From Patescibacteria group bacterium (GTDB lineage Bacteria > Patescibacteriota > Patescibacteriia > CAIXNZ01), in assembly GCA_028714455.1 (NCBI GenBank), contig JAQTMG010000001.1, forward strand, positions 568 to 64,567: a stretch of 64,000 nt of DNA, read 5' to 3'. Shown here piece by piece: positions 54,427 to 63,825 of this stretch (position 1 is the first letter of the stretch; every line of letters starts with the position of its first letter). The notes under the pieces were generated by a model, which saw nothing but the letters and a program-made list of their open reading frames with translations, did not search any database and was not told the DNA's origin. A program made the position numbers and the translations under genes.

Positions 54427-55398
54427 ATGATCATATTCCTATTCGGTGAAGATACTTACCGCTCAAGTCAAAAACTGGAAGAGCTGAAAGCCAAGTTTAA
54501 TCGCGAAGTTGATTCAAGTGGCATGAACCTCGTCTCGCTGGACGGCGCTAAACTTAAATTTGAAGAATTTAATCAGCAAGTCAAGGCCTCGCCTTTTTTG
54601 GCGCGCAAAAGAATGGTTATCATTAAAAATTTAATTTCAGAAAATAAATCAAAAGAAATTCAAAAAGAAATAGTGGAATTACTCAATGAGGAATGGAAAA
54701 ATAATAAGGATGATAATATTATAATTTTTTGGGAAAATATCTCGGCGCCAAGGTCAGCTTCGAAAGACGCGCTCTGGAAACGTCTGGCCAAAGAAAAATA
54801 TGCGCAGGAATTTGAGCCGTTAAAACCGAATCAAATCAGCGCCTGGGCGGAAAAAGAGATTAAGGAGCGCGGGGGAAAAATCGACAGAGCAGCCGCCAAT
54901 TTAATAGGCGCGCTGGTCGGCAATGATTTGTGGCAGCTATCCAACGAGCTGGAAAAATTACTCAATTATTCTTCGGCCAAAAATATCACCAGTAAAGACG
55001 TGGAAAACTTGGTCAAGGCCAAATTTGACGACAATGTTTTTAATCTGGTTGACGCGCTGGGTAATAAAAATAAAAAGCTCGCCTTAAAACTAATGTCAGA
55101 CCAATTCAGTCTGGGCAGTAACGAGCTGGAACTGCTGGGCATGCTCATCTGGCAATTTCGGATTTTGCTGCTCATCAAAGATCAACAGCGAGGAAAGCCA
55201 AACCTCTCCCAGGCCGAGGCCGCCAAAAAACTAGGCATTCATCCTTTTGTGGCGCTAAAATCTTTAGAACGAGCCAGAAATTTTACCCTGGAGCAATTGA
55301 AAAATATTTACAGCCAGCTTCTAAATATCGATTTAAAAATCAAAACCAGCGCCACTAAACCTCGGTTACTTTTCGATTTACTAATCGCTCAAATTTAA
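54427..55398 (+). CDS. holA: DNA polymerase III delta subunit
   Basis: 323 aa; N-terminal IIFLFGED..., C-terminal helical domain typical of HolA. Confidence 0.75.
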   Translation: MIIFLFGEDTYRSSQKLEELKAKFNREVDSSGMNLVSLDGAKLKFEEFNQQVKASPFLARKRMVIIKNLISENKSKEIQKEIVELLNEEWKNNKDDNIIIFWENISAPRSASKDALWKRLAKEKYAQEFEPLKPNQISAWAEKEIKERGGKIDRAAANLIGALVGNDLWQLSNELEKLLNYSSAKNITSKDVENLVKAKFDDNVFNLVDALGNKNKKLALKLMSDQFSLGSNELELLGMLIWQFRILLLIKDQQRGKPNLSQAEAAKKLGIHPFVALKSLERARNFTLEQLKNIYSQLLNIDLKIKTSATKPRLLFDLLIAQI

Positions 55399-55410
55399 AA
55401 GAAAAGGCTC

Positions 55411-55791
55411 TCATAAGAGAGCCTTTTTGATTGCGTTAGAAAGTTCCTGGGTTTCGAACGGTTTGTCCAGGAAGATTACTCCTTCCGGCAACGACGGTCT
55501 TCCTGCTCCTGAAGTCAAAATCACCTTCAGATCCGGAGCGATTTTTTTTACTTCTTCAACCAGCCCCAACCCGGTCAGGCCAGGCCTTGTCCTGGTTCCC
55601 AAAATGTTCCCGGTGATTAAGAGGCTGAAAAAAGACGGGTCCGACTCGATTAGCGTCATGGCTTCCTTGGCGCTGTTGACAGAGATAATCGAATTCGAAC
55701 CGATCCCCAGTATCAGCCTCAACAACCTTGAAACGGCCGAGCAGATGTCTTCTCGATCGACTAAAAGGACCTTCAGATTCTTTTTATCCAT
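55411..55791 (-). CDS. single-domain response regulator (CheY-like receiver)
   Basis: 126 aa; LKVLLVDRED..., conserved T/K positions; bidirectional terminator 55398-55435. Confidence 0.65.
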   Translation of the reverse strand: MDKKNLKVLLVDREDICSAVSRLLRLILGIGSNSIISVNSAKEAMTLIESDPSFFSLLITGNILGTRTRPGLTGLGLVEEVKKIAPDLKVILTSGAGRPSLPEGVIFLDKPFETQELSNAIKKALL

Positions 55792-55878
55792 TTTCCCTCC
55801 TTTATCGTTTGATAATTTAGCTTATCACCAAAATCCAAAACTGTCAAGCAATAAAACACCCCGCTACGCGGGGTTATT

Positions 55879-56163
55879 TTATTTCTTTTCAACCACCTGA
55901 CTGCCCCTCTTGTGATACTTAATCAATCGTGAAAGCTTGCGCGCGGCCGTGTTTTTCTTAATCACGCCTTTTTGGGCTGCCTTATCAATGCTTTTTTGCG
56001 CTTGTCTAATTAAGGTTTCGACATCTTTAGCGGCTTTTTTGCTATCAATATCTTTTCTAATTTTCTTTAATAGAGTTTTTAAATCCTCGCGGATTTTGGT
56101 ATTGCGCTCTAGATGTCTTTTAGTCTTTCTTAGGGCTTCTTTGGCTTGCTGTTTAATTGGCAT
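55879..56163 (-). CDS. rpsT: 30S ribosomal protein S20
   Basis: MPIKQQAKEALRKTKRHLERNTKIRE...; terminator caccccgctacgcggggtt at 55851-55878. Confidence 0.9.
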   Translation of the reverse strand: MPIKQQAKEALRKTKRHLERNTKIREDLKTLLKKIRKDIDSKKAAKDVETLIRQAQKSIDKAAQKGVIKKNTAARKLSRLIKYHKRGSQVVEKK

Positions 56164-56208
56164 ACTATTTAATTATGAAATATGAATTATGAATTAGATT
56201 TGATTTAA

Positions 56209-56236
56209 AAAGCTCTAAGCTCATGGCTCAAAGCTA
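56209..56236. repeat. tandem heptamer array (AAAGCTC TAAGCTC ATGGCTC AAAGCTA) in rpsT leader
   Basis: 7-nt period. Confidence 0.55.
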
Positions 56237-56278
56237 AATATATAAAAATGATAGCAAATAATAATTCCTTGGTCAAGC

Positions 56279-57310
56279 TCAAGCCTGCGGCTTATCAATT
56301 TCCAGTGTTTCTATTTTGCTTTCTTTACCCGTAATTTTAGTCACGTCCTTATCAACCTTCTTAAATTCTTTGTAGGCCGTGTTATACATATTTACCGTGG
56401 TAGACAAGTTATCCCCCATTTTCTGCATATACTGGTCATAGGCCATGAGATGTTTTTGCAAATCTTCGACTCGCTCCCTAATCTCCTGCGCCGATTTTTC
56501 AATCTGTAACGCTTTCAGGCCCTGTAACACCGTCTGCAGATAGGCGAAAAATGATGTTGGCGAAGTTATAATCACGTGTTTGTCCTTGAAAGCATATTCG
56601 ATCAAATCCCTAGTATTAACTTTGACGGCGCCAACTTGGTTAATAAGCAAATCATAGTAAATACCCTCTGACGGAATAAACATAAAAGCAAAATCCATTG
56701 TTTTCTCGCTTGGCCTGATATATTTAGCCGTCTCGTCAATTCTATTTTTTAAATCCTGCTTAAATTGTTTTTCCAATCTTTCGCGCGCAACCGCGTCTTT
56801 TTCTTCCACGATTTTGTTATAATTTTCCAATGAAAATTTGGAGTCGATGGGGATTATTTTATCTTTGACAAAAATAACCGCGTCAACGATTTCCCCGTCC
56901 TTAAATTTATATTGCATCTGATAAGAAGCCGGCGGCAAAACATTTTTCAACAATGTGTCCAGAAAATATTCTCCCAAAATACCGCGTTGTTTGGGATTGG
57001 TTAAGATATTTTCCAGGCCCTGCATCTGCTCGGCAAAGCTCACGATCTGCTTATTGGTTTCTCCCAGTTTGGTTAATTTATCGGTTACCTCGGAAATAAT
57101 TTTGGCGCTCTGGCCAAATTGCTGCTGAATCGTTTGATGAGTATTGGCCAAGCCATCGCCAAGCGATTTTTGAATCTCATTGATTTGATTTTGCAGCATT
57201 AACATGGCCTGATCGTCCCTTTTCCCGCCAGAAACTTTATTCAGCATAAAAAACACGGCCGCAAAGCCGGCAATGACCAAAATCAAAATTATAACTAAAA
57301 ATATTTCCAT
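56279..57310 (-). CDS. rmuC: DNA recombination protein RmuC
   Basis: N-terminal TM, coiled coil, C-terminal RmuC nuclease-like domain. Confidence 0.85.
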   Translation of the reverse strand: MEIFLVIILILVIAGFAAVFFMLNKVSGGKRDDQAMLMLQNQINEIQKSLGDGLANTHQTIQQQFGQSAKIISEVTDKLTKLGETNKQIVSFAEQMQGLENILTNPKQRGILGEYFLDTLLKNVLPPASYQMQYKFKDGEIVDAVIFVKDKIIPIDSKFSLENYNKIVEEKDAVARERLEKQFKQDLKNRIDETAKYIRPSEKTMDFAFMFIPSEGIYYDLLINQVGAVKVNTRDLIEYAFKDKHVIITSPTSFFAYLQTVLQGLKALQIEKSAQEIRERVEDLQKHLMAYDQYMQKMGDNLSTTVNMYNTAYKEFKKVDKDVTKITGKESKIETLEIDKPQA

Positions 57311-57355
57311 AATTCTTGTTGAATTATTTTAACACCAAGAAGCTAAAAGCACAAA

Positions 57356-57637
57356 TTATTCAGTCAGCTCCTTGACCTCTTTCTCGCCTTTGATCAGCTC
57401 CGCCGCCTGTTCCTCGTCTAGGCGCACCAAAAGCGCTTGAAACTCGCCGACATGCGTCTTCTCCTCTTTGGCAATGTCTTGTAACACGGCTTTTACCTTA
57501 TCGCTCTGCGCCAGCTCGGCCATCTGCTCGTAAAGATTGACGGCGTCGAGCTCGGCAATCAGACCGGCGCGCAAAATCTCCCGATCAACCGCGTCCTGGT
57601 TGACTTTAGCCAAATTGATTGGAATTTGTGACATCAT
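57356..57637 (-). CDS. ferritin-like (EncFtn / rubrerythrin-like) small protein
   Basis: 93 aa; AELDAVNLYEQ ... DIAKEEKTHVGEFQALLVRL di-iron ligand pattern. Confidence 0.55.
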   Translation of the reverse strand: MMSQIPINLAKVNQDAVDREILRAGLIAELDAVNLYEQMAELAQSDKVKAVLQDIAKEEKTHVGEFQALLVRLDEEQAAELIKGEKEVKELTE

Positions 57638-57643
57638 AAATTT

Positions 57644-60223
57644 TTATATATCAAATTTTTTATAAAGTATTCTTTTGGCGATCTCGGCCGCTGCGTAATA
57701 GAAAATCAGCACAAAGAAAATCATGATCAAAACGCTTATCGGCATATTGGTGAAGCCGAAAAAACTTCGACCAAAGCTCGTATAGGTAATAAACAAGGCA
57801 AAGGCGACAACCAGAAACACCGCGATAAACAAAGATTTGCTCGGCCGGCTTTTGTAAAACGGTAATTTGCTGCGCAAGAAAAAAATCACGATGATTTGAG
57901 AAAATGTCGATTCGACAAACCAAGCCGTCCTGAACAAATCAATACTGGCTCTAAAAATAAAAATCAGAAAACCGATCGTGATCAAATCGAAGATTGTACT
58001 GATGGGTCCGAAATAAAGCATGAATCGCGAAATAAGTTTGATGTTCCAGCGCTTTGGCTTTCTGACAAATTCATCGTCAACATTATCAGTGGAAATGGTC
58101 AGCATCGACATGTCGCTCAAAAAATTATTTAACAAAATCTGCGAAGGCAATAAGGGCACGAAAGAAAACCAGAAAGAAGAAAGCGCAACAGTCATCATGT
58201 TGCCATAATTAGAACTCACGGTGTTCAAAATATATTTGGTGATATTGCCAAAAGTTTTTCTGCCTTCGGTTATACCTTCGGCCAAAACCCTCAAGCTTTT
58301 TCGCAGCAAAATAATATCAGCCGCCTCTTTGGCAATACTGGTGCCGGTGTCAACTGAAATGCCCACGTCCGCGGCCTTAAGAGCTGGCGCGTCATTAACA
58401 CCGTCGCCTAAAAACCCAACAATGCGGCCTTCCTTGTTCAGACTCGTAACTATTTTAAATTTTTGTTCGGGCGTGGTACGCGCGAAAATATTATATCTAT
58501 GACTATATTCTTCAAACTGCTGCGGATTTAATTTATCAAGATCTTCGCCCAAAATTATTTTATTTTCAACAATCGACAAGCCAACTTCCGAACATATCTT
58601 TTGAGTCACGACGGCGCTATCGCCGGTGATAATTTTTATGTCCACGCCCAGCTCGTTAAATTTACGCAAAGCCTCCTTGGCCGTCTGCTTGGCCGGGTCC
58701 AAAAATAACAGGAAGCCGACCAATGTTAAGTCCTTTTCATCAACAACTTCGGCCGCCTCTTTTTTTATTTGTTTTTTGGCCACGGCAATCACGCGATAGC
58801 CGCTCTTTTCATAATTTACCACTCGTTCATTAAATTCCGCTTTTAGCTTGGCATCTAGGCTTCTCTTCTCGCCTGATATCTCAATATTAGTGCTTACTGA
58901 TAAAACTGACTCGGGCGCGCCTTTGACTAAAAGATCTAGTCTATCCCCGTCTTTGGTCACAGAACTCTGCCTCTTTCTCTCAAAATCAAACTCTATTTTA
59001 TCCAGACAAACCATTTTACCCAAAACCAGCTCCAGTTGCTTTACGCCTTCGTTATCCCAGATAGCTTTATCGAGTGGGTTGGTGAAAACCTTGTGCTTGG
59101 CTTTTATATCAGCTGAATTGCAAATAAGTCCGTAGAGTAAAATCTTACTATCCCGCTGGCCATTCCAATCTATGTAATCAATTAAAGAAATTTTCCCTTC
59201 GGTCAAGGTGCCTGTCTTGTCACAGCAAAGTGTATCAATGTTGCCAAGATCTTCCACGGAAATCAAACGCTTAATAATTACCATTTTTTTGGACATTCTC
59301 ACGGCGCCGGAAGAAAGAGCAATCGTAATAACCAGAGGTAGTAATTCTGGCGTTATGCCGACGGCCAGGGCCAGGGAAAAAAGTAAAAAATCAATTATAC
59401 TTTTTCCTAAAAGCACATTGCCCAAAAAAATAAAGACGGCCATTGATAAAATGACCTTGAGTAAAAAATTACTAAATTTTTTGATATTTTTTTGAAAGTC
59501 CGTTTCGTTTTTTTCCTGCAGATATTTTGAGGTCTCGCCAAAAAAAGTATTCTTGCCTGTTGCCACGACCACGCCGTTGCCAGAACCGCTGGAAACAGAA
59601 GTCCCCATAAAAGCCATGTTATGCAAATACTGCGGCACGGAATATTGTTTAGAGACCACAGTCACCTCTTTTAAAACTGGCAATGATTCTCCAGTTAAAA
59701 CCGATTCATCTGTTGTCATGTCCTTTAATTCAATCAATCTAATATCAGCCGGGATTACATCGCCGATATCTAGATAAACAATGTCGCCGGGTACTAACTC
59801 TTTTGAATCAATTTCAGCAACCTGCCCGTTTCTTAAAACACGCACTTTTAGAGTTAAATATTTTTTCAACGCCTGTAAAACTTTTTCAGCTCTATATTCT
59901 TGAAAAAAACTTAAACCCGCGCCAAGAAAAACCATCAGCAAAATAACCGCCGCGCTAAGATGTTCTCCCAAAAAAAAGCTGACTACCGCAGCCACGGCCA
60001 GAATCAGCACTAATGTACTTTTAAATTGTCTAGCAAATATTTCCCAGACTCTTATCTTCTCTCTTTCTTCAATCGCATTTTTGCCATAGCTTAAAATTCT
60101 GGCCTGGACATCTTTTGTGGTCAGCCCGCTCGTACTCGTATTTAAAAAACTAAGCACTTCCTTTATTGGCAGCGCCCAGATTATCGGTTTTTCTTTAGCT
60201 ATTTGTACCTTGTCATCCGCCAT
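57644..60223 (-). CDS. cation-transporting P-type ATPase (MgtA/Ca-ATPase-like, type II/III)
   Basis: LCCDKTGTLTEGK phosphorylation motif, TGES, GDGVNDAPALKAADVGIS, 10 TM helices. Confidence 0.9.
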   Translation of the reverse strand: MADDKVQIAKEKPIIWALPIKEVLSFLNTSTSGLTTKDVQARILSYGKNAIEEREKIRVWEIFARQFKSTLVLILAVAAVVSFFLGEHLSAAVILLMVFLGAGLSFFQEYRAEKVLQALKKYLTLKVRVLRNGQVAEIDSKELVPGDIVYLDIGDVIPADIRLIELKDMTTDESVLTGESLPVLKEVTVVSKQYSVPQYLHNMAFMGTSVSSGSGNGVVVATGKNTFFGETSKYLQEKNETDFQKNIKKFSNFLLKVILSMAVFIFLGNVLLGKSIIDFLLFSLALAVGITPELLPLVITIALSSGAVRMSKKMVIIKRLISVEDLGNIDTLCCDKTGTLTEGKISLIDYIDWNGQRDSKILLYGLICNSADIKAKHKVFTNPLDKAIWDNEGVKQLELVLGKMVCLDKIEFDFERKRQSSVTKDGDRLDLLVKGAPESVLSVSTNIEISGEKRSLDAKLKAEFNERVVNYEKSGYRVIAVAKKQIKKEAAEVVDEKDLTLVGFLLFLDPAKQTAKEALRKFNELGVDIKIITGDSAVVTQKICSEVGLSIVENKIILGEDLDKLNPQQFEEYSHRYNIFARTTPEQKFKIVTSLNKEGRIVGFLGDGVNDAPALKAADVGISVDTGTSIAKEAADIILLRKSLRVLAEGITEGRKTFGNITKYILNTVSSNYGNMMTVALSSFWFSFVPLLPSQILLNNFLSDMSMLTISTDNVDDEFVRKPKRWNIKLISRFMLYFGPISTIFDLITIGFLIFIFRASIDLFRTAWFVESTFSQIIVIFFLRSKLPFYKSRPSKSLFIAVFLVVAFALFITYTSFGRSFFGFTNMPISVLIMIFFVLIFYYAAAEIAKRILYKKFDI

Positions 60224-60464
60224 ACATATCCAAATAATTGTAAAAGTGAATTATTTCTGTTATTATTAACTAAAAATTACGGGAATATTTTGTATTCCGC
60301 AGCTGCTATACTAATTATATACGTTTATTGATAGGTAATAAAGTTAATAAGTTCCAGTATCATCATGGAATTAAATGCGCATATTTCTGTTTTATGTTTA
60401 TATAGCGACACATATTTTTAACTAAAATTAGATAAAAATTGTAATTTAGGCATATTTTAATCAT

Positions 60465-60488
60465 AAATTGTTTCACGTGAAACAATTT
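60465..60488. promoter_or_regulatory. 24-bp perfect palindrome AAATTGTTTCACGTGAAACAATTT
   Basis: Seen directly; candidate operator upstream of tRNA cluster. Confidence 0.35.
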
Positions 60489-60548
60489 TCATGTTTTTGA
60501 AAACAATATATATAAATTTCCCGACTGGATTTGAACAATATCAAATTC

Positions 60549-60600
60549 GAGGGCCAAGAAATATATAGCCCTCGGGCAGATACAAGTTTATGTATAATTA
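60549..60600. repeat. ~50-bp repeat unit (GGCCAAGA...GGGCAGATACAAGTTTATGTATAATT), copy 1
   Basis: Paralogous to 60852-60890 and 60897-60935; inverted copies at 60655-60676 and 60990-61008. Confidence 0.6.
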
Positions 60601-60669
60601 GCAATAATCGTATTTAACGTTAAATCGATAAGTGCGATTATAATTCAGGCCTTACGCAGACTTGTATCT

Positions 60670-60752
60670 GCCCTCGTAGTTTCCGCCAGAGGCGGACCAC
60701 GAATCGAGCTTTGCTCTGGTTCGTGGCAATGGATATCAAAAAATTAACACCT
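60670..60752 (+). repeat. tRNA-Arg-associated leader element, copy B (100% identical to copy A core)
   Basis: GCCCTCGTAGTT (tRNA nt 1-12) + 45-nt double hairpin + CAATGGATA (D-loop) + TCAAAAAATTAACACCT, then the complete tRNA. Confidence 0.7.
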
Positions 60753-60824
60753 GCCCTCGTAGTTCAATGGATAGAACAAGGGACTCCTAAGCCTTAGATG
60801 GTGGTTCGATTCCTCCCGAGGGCA
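60753..60824 (+). tRNA. tRNA-Arg (anticodon CCU), no CCA; two stem mismatches
   Basis: Acceptor GCCCTCG/CGAGGGC perfect; D-arm identical to tRNA-Arg(UCU); anticodon loop CTCCTAA; A31.G39 and T51.T63 mismatches. Confidence 0.6.
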
Positions 60825-60851
60825 TTAAATTGTGTATAATTGGCCAAGATA

Positions 60852-60935
60852 AAAAAGGGGCCAGCCCAGATACAAGTTTGTGTGTAGGCCTAAGAAAATG
60901 GGCCTGCCCCGATAAAAGTTTATGTGAAAAATAGT
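60852..60935. repeat. repeat units 2 and 3 (..CCCAGATACAAGTTTGTGTGTAGG.. / ..CCCCGATAAAAGTTTATGTG..)
   Basis: Direct repeats after tRNA-Arg; unit 3 is inverted partner of the sequence abutting tRNA-Ala. Confidence 0.55.
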
Positions 60936-61002
60936 TTTATGCATTGTTTGTATTGCGTACGAAAAAATACGCTTCAAACATTGAGCACACAGACTTTTAT
61001 CG

Positions 61003-61075
61003 GGGCCGCTAGCTCAGCTGGTAGAGCGCTTCCATGGCATGGAAGAGGCCAGGGGTTCAAGTCCCCTGCGGTCCA
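61003..61075 (+). tRNA. tRNA-Ala (anticodon GGC), no CCA
   Basis: G3.U70 identity pair; D-arm GCTC-AGCTGGTA-GAGC; anticodon arm CTTCC-ATGGCAT-GGAAG; T-arm AGGGG-TTCAAGT-CCCCT. Confidence 0.8.
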
Positions 61076-61140
61076 AAGCGAAATTAACATAAAATTGCTC
61101 AAAGTATAAACGGGCCTGCCCGCCAAAGCTTTGCGAAGGC

Positions 61141-61214
61141 GGGCAATTAGCTCAGCTGGTTAGAGCGTACGATTCACATTCGTAAGGTCACTGGTTCAAT
61201 TCCAGTATTGCCCA
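61141..61214 (+). tRNA. tRNA-Val (anticodon CAC), no CCA
   Basis: Acceptor GGGCAAT/ATTGCCC; anticodon arm TACGA-TTCACAT-TCGTA; T-arm ACTGG-TTCAATT-CCAGT. Confidence 0.8.
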
Positions 61215-61216
61215 AT

Positions 61217-62290
61217 ATGTCATTATCAATAGGCATTGTCGGTTTGCCCAATGTTGGCAAGTCCACAATATTCAATTCATTAACGCGCCAAAAGGTGGAT
61301 AGCGCCAATTATCCATTTTGCACCATCAACCCCAATGTTGGCTGTGTTAAGGTACCGGATTCTCGTTTAGATCAGCTAACAGTGATGTCAAAATCCGAAA
61401 AAACCATTTATTCGACCATGGAGTTCATTGATATCGCTGGCCTAGTACGAGGAGCTCATAAAGGCGAGGGGCTTGGCAACCAATTCTTGACTAATATTAG
61501 AGAAACTAGTGCTATTTGTCATATTTTGCGACACTTCGTTAACCCAAATATCGTCCATGTTGAGAATAGAATTAACGCCAAAGACGACTTGGACATTATA
61601 AATATTGAATTAATAATGGCTGATTTGCAGCAGATCAATAAAAAGCTGGAGTCTCGAAAAGACACTGATTTATCAGAACTCAAGCCGTTATTACAAAAAG
61701 TTAAAATTAACCTTGAGAATAATGCGTTAATAAAAGATCAGGATCTTACCGAAGATGAGTTAACCTTGCTTAAGCAATTCAATTTTTTAACTTCTAAGCC
61801 CTGTCTTTATGTTTTTAATGTAGCCGAAATTGATATAAACAAAACTCCGGAACAAATTTTAAAAGAAGCTAATTTGAATCTAGACCCCAAAAAAGTTATT
61901 ATAGTTTGTGGCAAAATGGAAGAAGAACTTTCGCAACTTCCAGAGAATGAAGTGAAAGAATATTTACAAAATTTAAATATTTCACAGACCGGTCTGGAAA
62001 AAATGATTATTGCCGGCTATAAATTATTGAATTTGATTTCCATGTTAACGACTGGGCCGAAAGAAACCAGGGCCTGGGAACTGATAAATGGCCTGAAAGC
62101 GCCTCAAGCGGCCGGCAAAATCCACACGGATTTTGAAAAAGGTTTTGCGCGAGTAGAAGTAATCAACTGGAAAACATTATTGGATTGCGGCAGCTGGACC
62201 AACGCCAAGGAAAAAGGATTGATTAGAATTGAAGGCAAAGAATATCTGATGAAAGACGGCGACACTGTTGTTTTTCATTTTTCCGATTAA
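61217..62290 (+). CDS. ychF: ribosome-binding ATPase YchF (Obg family)
   Basis: MSLSIGIVGLPNVGKSTIFN, C-terminal TGS domain; start at ATG 61217 (ORF-track TTG 61208 overlaps tRNA). Confidence 0.9.
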   Translation: MSLSIGIVGLPNVGKSTIFNSLTRQKVDSANYPFCTINPNVGCVKVPDSRLDQLTVMSKSEKTIYSTMEFIDIAGLVRGAHKGEGLGNQFLTNIRETSAICHILRHFVNPNIVHVENRINAKDDLDIINIELIMADLQQINKKLESRKDTDLSELKPLLQKVKINLENNALIKDQDLTEDELTLLKQFNFLTSKPCLYVFNVAEIDINKTPEQILKEANLNLDPKKVIIVCGKMEEELSQLPENEVKEYLQNLNISQTGLEKMIIAGYKLLNLISMLTTGPKETRAWELINGLKAPQAAGKIHTDFEKGFARVEVINWKTLLDCGSWTNAKEKGLIRIEGKEYLMKDGDTVVFHFSD

Positions 62291-62422
62291 ACACAAAAAG
62301 TAATCTGAACGCATAGAATATATCTCGAGAGAATAAAATTTTAAAAACAGCAGCGACAATCAGTTTTTTATTAAAAAATACCGCCACCTTTGTGACGGTA
62401 TTTATATTTAGAAAAATTTAAA

Positions 62423-63604
62423 TTATTTTTTCATAAATACGCAAATTTCCCTGTAAATATGCTGTTTTTCGCGTGAGTAAATAAGTTGTTCTTTGTTGAC
62501 TTTTTCAAAACCCAGATCAAATAATTCATCAAAAATATTTAATTCCGCTAAGTTGCTGCCTAATTTAAAAATTGGAAACACAATTACAATCTTGCCTGAT
62601 GGTTTTAAAATTTTAGCAAATTGTTTAAAAGCATCTAAATACAATTGTTTCAAGCTATTTATAATTTTATTTATTTCGTTTTGATTTTCTCTACCGTTTA
62701 AAGCTGGCCCGAGATATGGTTCCGTAATAATGGCATCGATAACAGGGGATTCAAATTCGGCTGATAGATTTTTCACATCAACTTTACTTATTTTTATATT
62801 ATCAATATCCAAACCAAATCTTTCTTTTAACCAATTTATATTTGTGATTGAATTTTCAACTGCTTTATCGTTCGAATCAAAACCAAATAATTTTTTATAA
62901 CCGAGAAATAATGCTTCTTGTAAAATAGTTCCGGAACCGCAAAACGGATCGACAATAATTGCTTCGCTTTTTAATTCAGCCAAGTTTATCATCATGCGCG
63001 CCAGTTTTGGCGGCAACATGCCCGAGACATCGTCGCGGCCTGGCCGCGTAAAATCTCTGGCGCCAAATTCTTCAAATTCTTGCACGGCCATCGTCTGACC
63101 AAAAATAATCTCATCTTTTTTTATAAAAAAACAAATTTCCGCGCCATTTTGTAAAAGCTTATTTTTTTTGACAATCACTGATGAAAGCTCTTTTTCTTTG
63201 GAGACAACATATCTGGAGCTGATATCTTTTTCCTTTAGCTTTCTCTTGATTTCCATAGCAATCGGCAATAATTGCCTCTGGTATGTGCCCAAATGAACTT
63301 CAGGCGATAGGGAATATAAGCTAAAGCCATAATAGGCTTTGCCTTCTTCGACCTTAAATAAATCTATGAATTTATCCTCAAATCTGGCCAAATTTGATAT
63401 TTTACCTAAAATTAGCCCAATTTTGATAGTTCCCCCCAGTCGCTTATTAACCGTTTGTACATCAAGTTCCTTATCTGTCTCAATTATATATATATTATCT
63501 CTAAATTCTATGTTCTTTATTCTATATTCTAAAAACTCCGAGACGGCGTTAATCTCGGCTTTGGATAAAATCGGATTTTTACCTAATATGAAAAAGTATT
63601 GCAT
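62423..63604 (-). CDS. THUMP-domain RNA (guanine-N2) methyltransferase (Trm14/RlmL-like)
   Basis: Motif I DPFCGSGTILQEA, motif IV ITEPYLG; start at ATG 63604 preceded by TTGAAA-N17-TATGAT promoter; ORF-track TTG extension rejected. Confidence 0.75.
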   Translation of the reverse strand: MQYFFILGKNPILSKAEINAVSEFLEYRIKNIEFRDNIYIIETDKELDVQTVNKRLGGTIKIGLILGKISNLARFEDKFIDLFKVEEGKAYYGFSLYSLSPEVHLGTYQRQLLPIAMEIKRKLKEKDISSRYVVSKEKELSSVIVKKNKLLQNGAEICFFIKKDEIIFGQTMAVQEFEEFGARDFTRPGRDDVSGMLPPKLARMMINLAELKSEAIIVDPFCGSGTILQEALFLGYKKLFGFDSNDKAVENSITNINWLKERFGLDIDNIKISKVDVKNLSAEFESPVIDAIITEPYLGPALNGRENQNEINKIINSLKQLYLDAFKQFAKILKPSGKIVIVFPIFKLGSNLAELNIFDELFDLGFEKVNKEQLIYSREKQHIYREICVFMKK

Positions 63605-63825
63605 ATATATATTATCTAAATCATATCGTAAAAATCTGTACTTTTCAAGGATTGCTTTAGGACGATTTTTTGCTATAATTAAGGCAAACGGAACTATATC
63701 ACGCAACTCATTTCTAATACTAAATCATGTGTCAAATCAGCAAAGTATGTGCTAGAAATGAGTTATATGGAATGCTGAAACTACGGCTACACTTTTAAAA
63801 AACATTTTAAATTTATTTAAATTTT

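Noticed and set aside
60924-61109. 61-aa ORF overlapping tRNA-Ala; also ORFs 28588..28860, 29242..29439, 4795..4983
   Set aside because: They overlap well-formed tRNA cloverleaves or leader elements; no SD.
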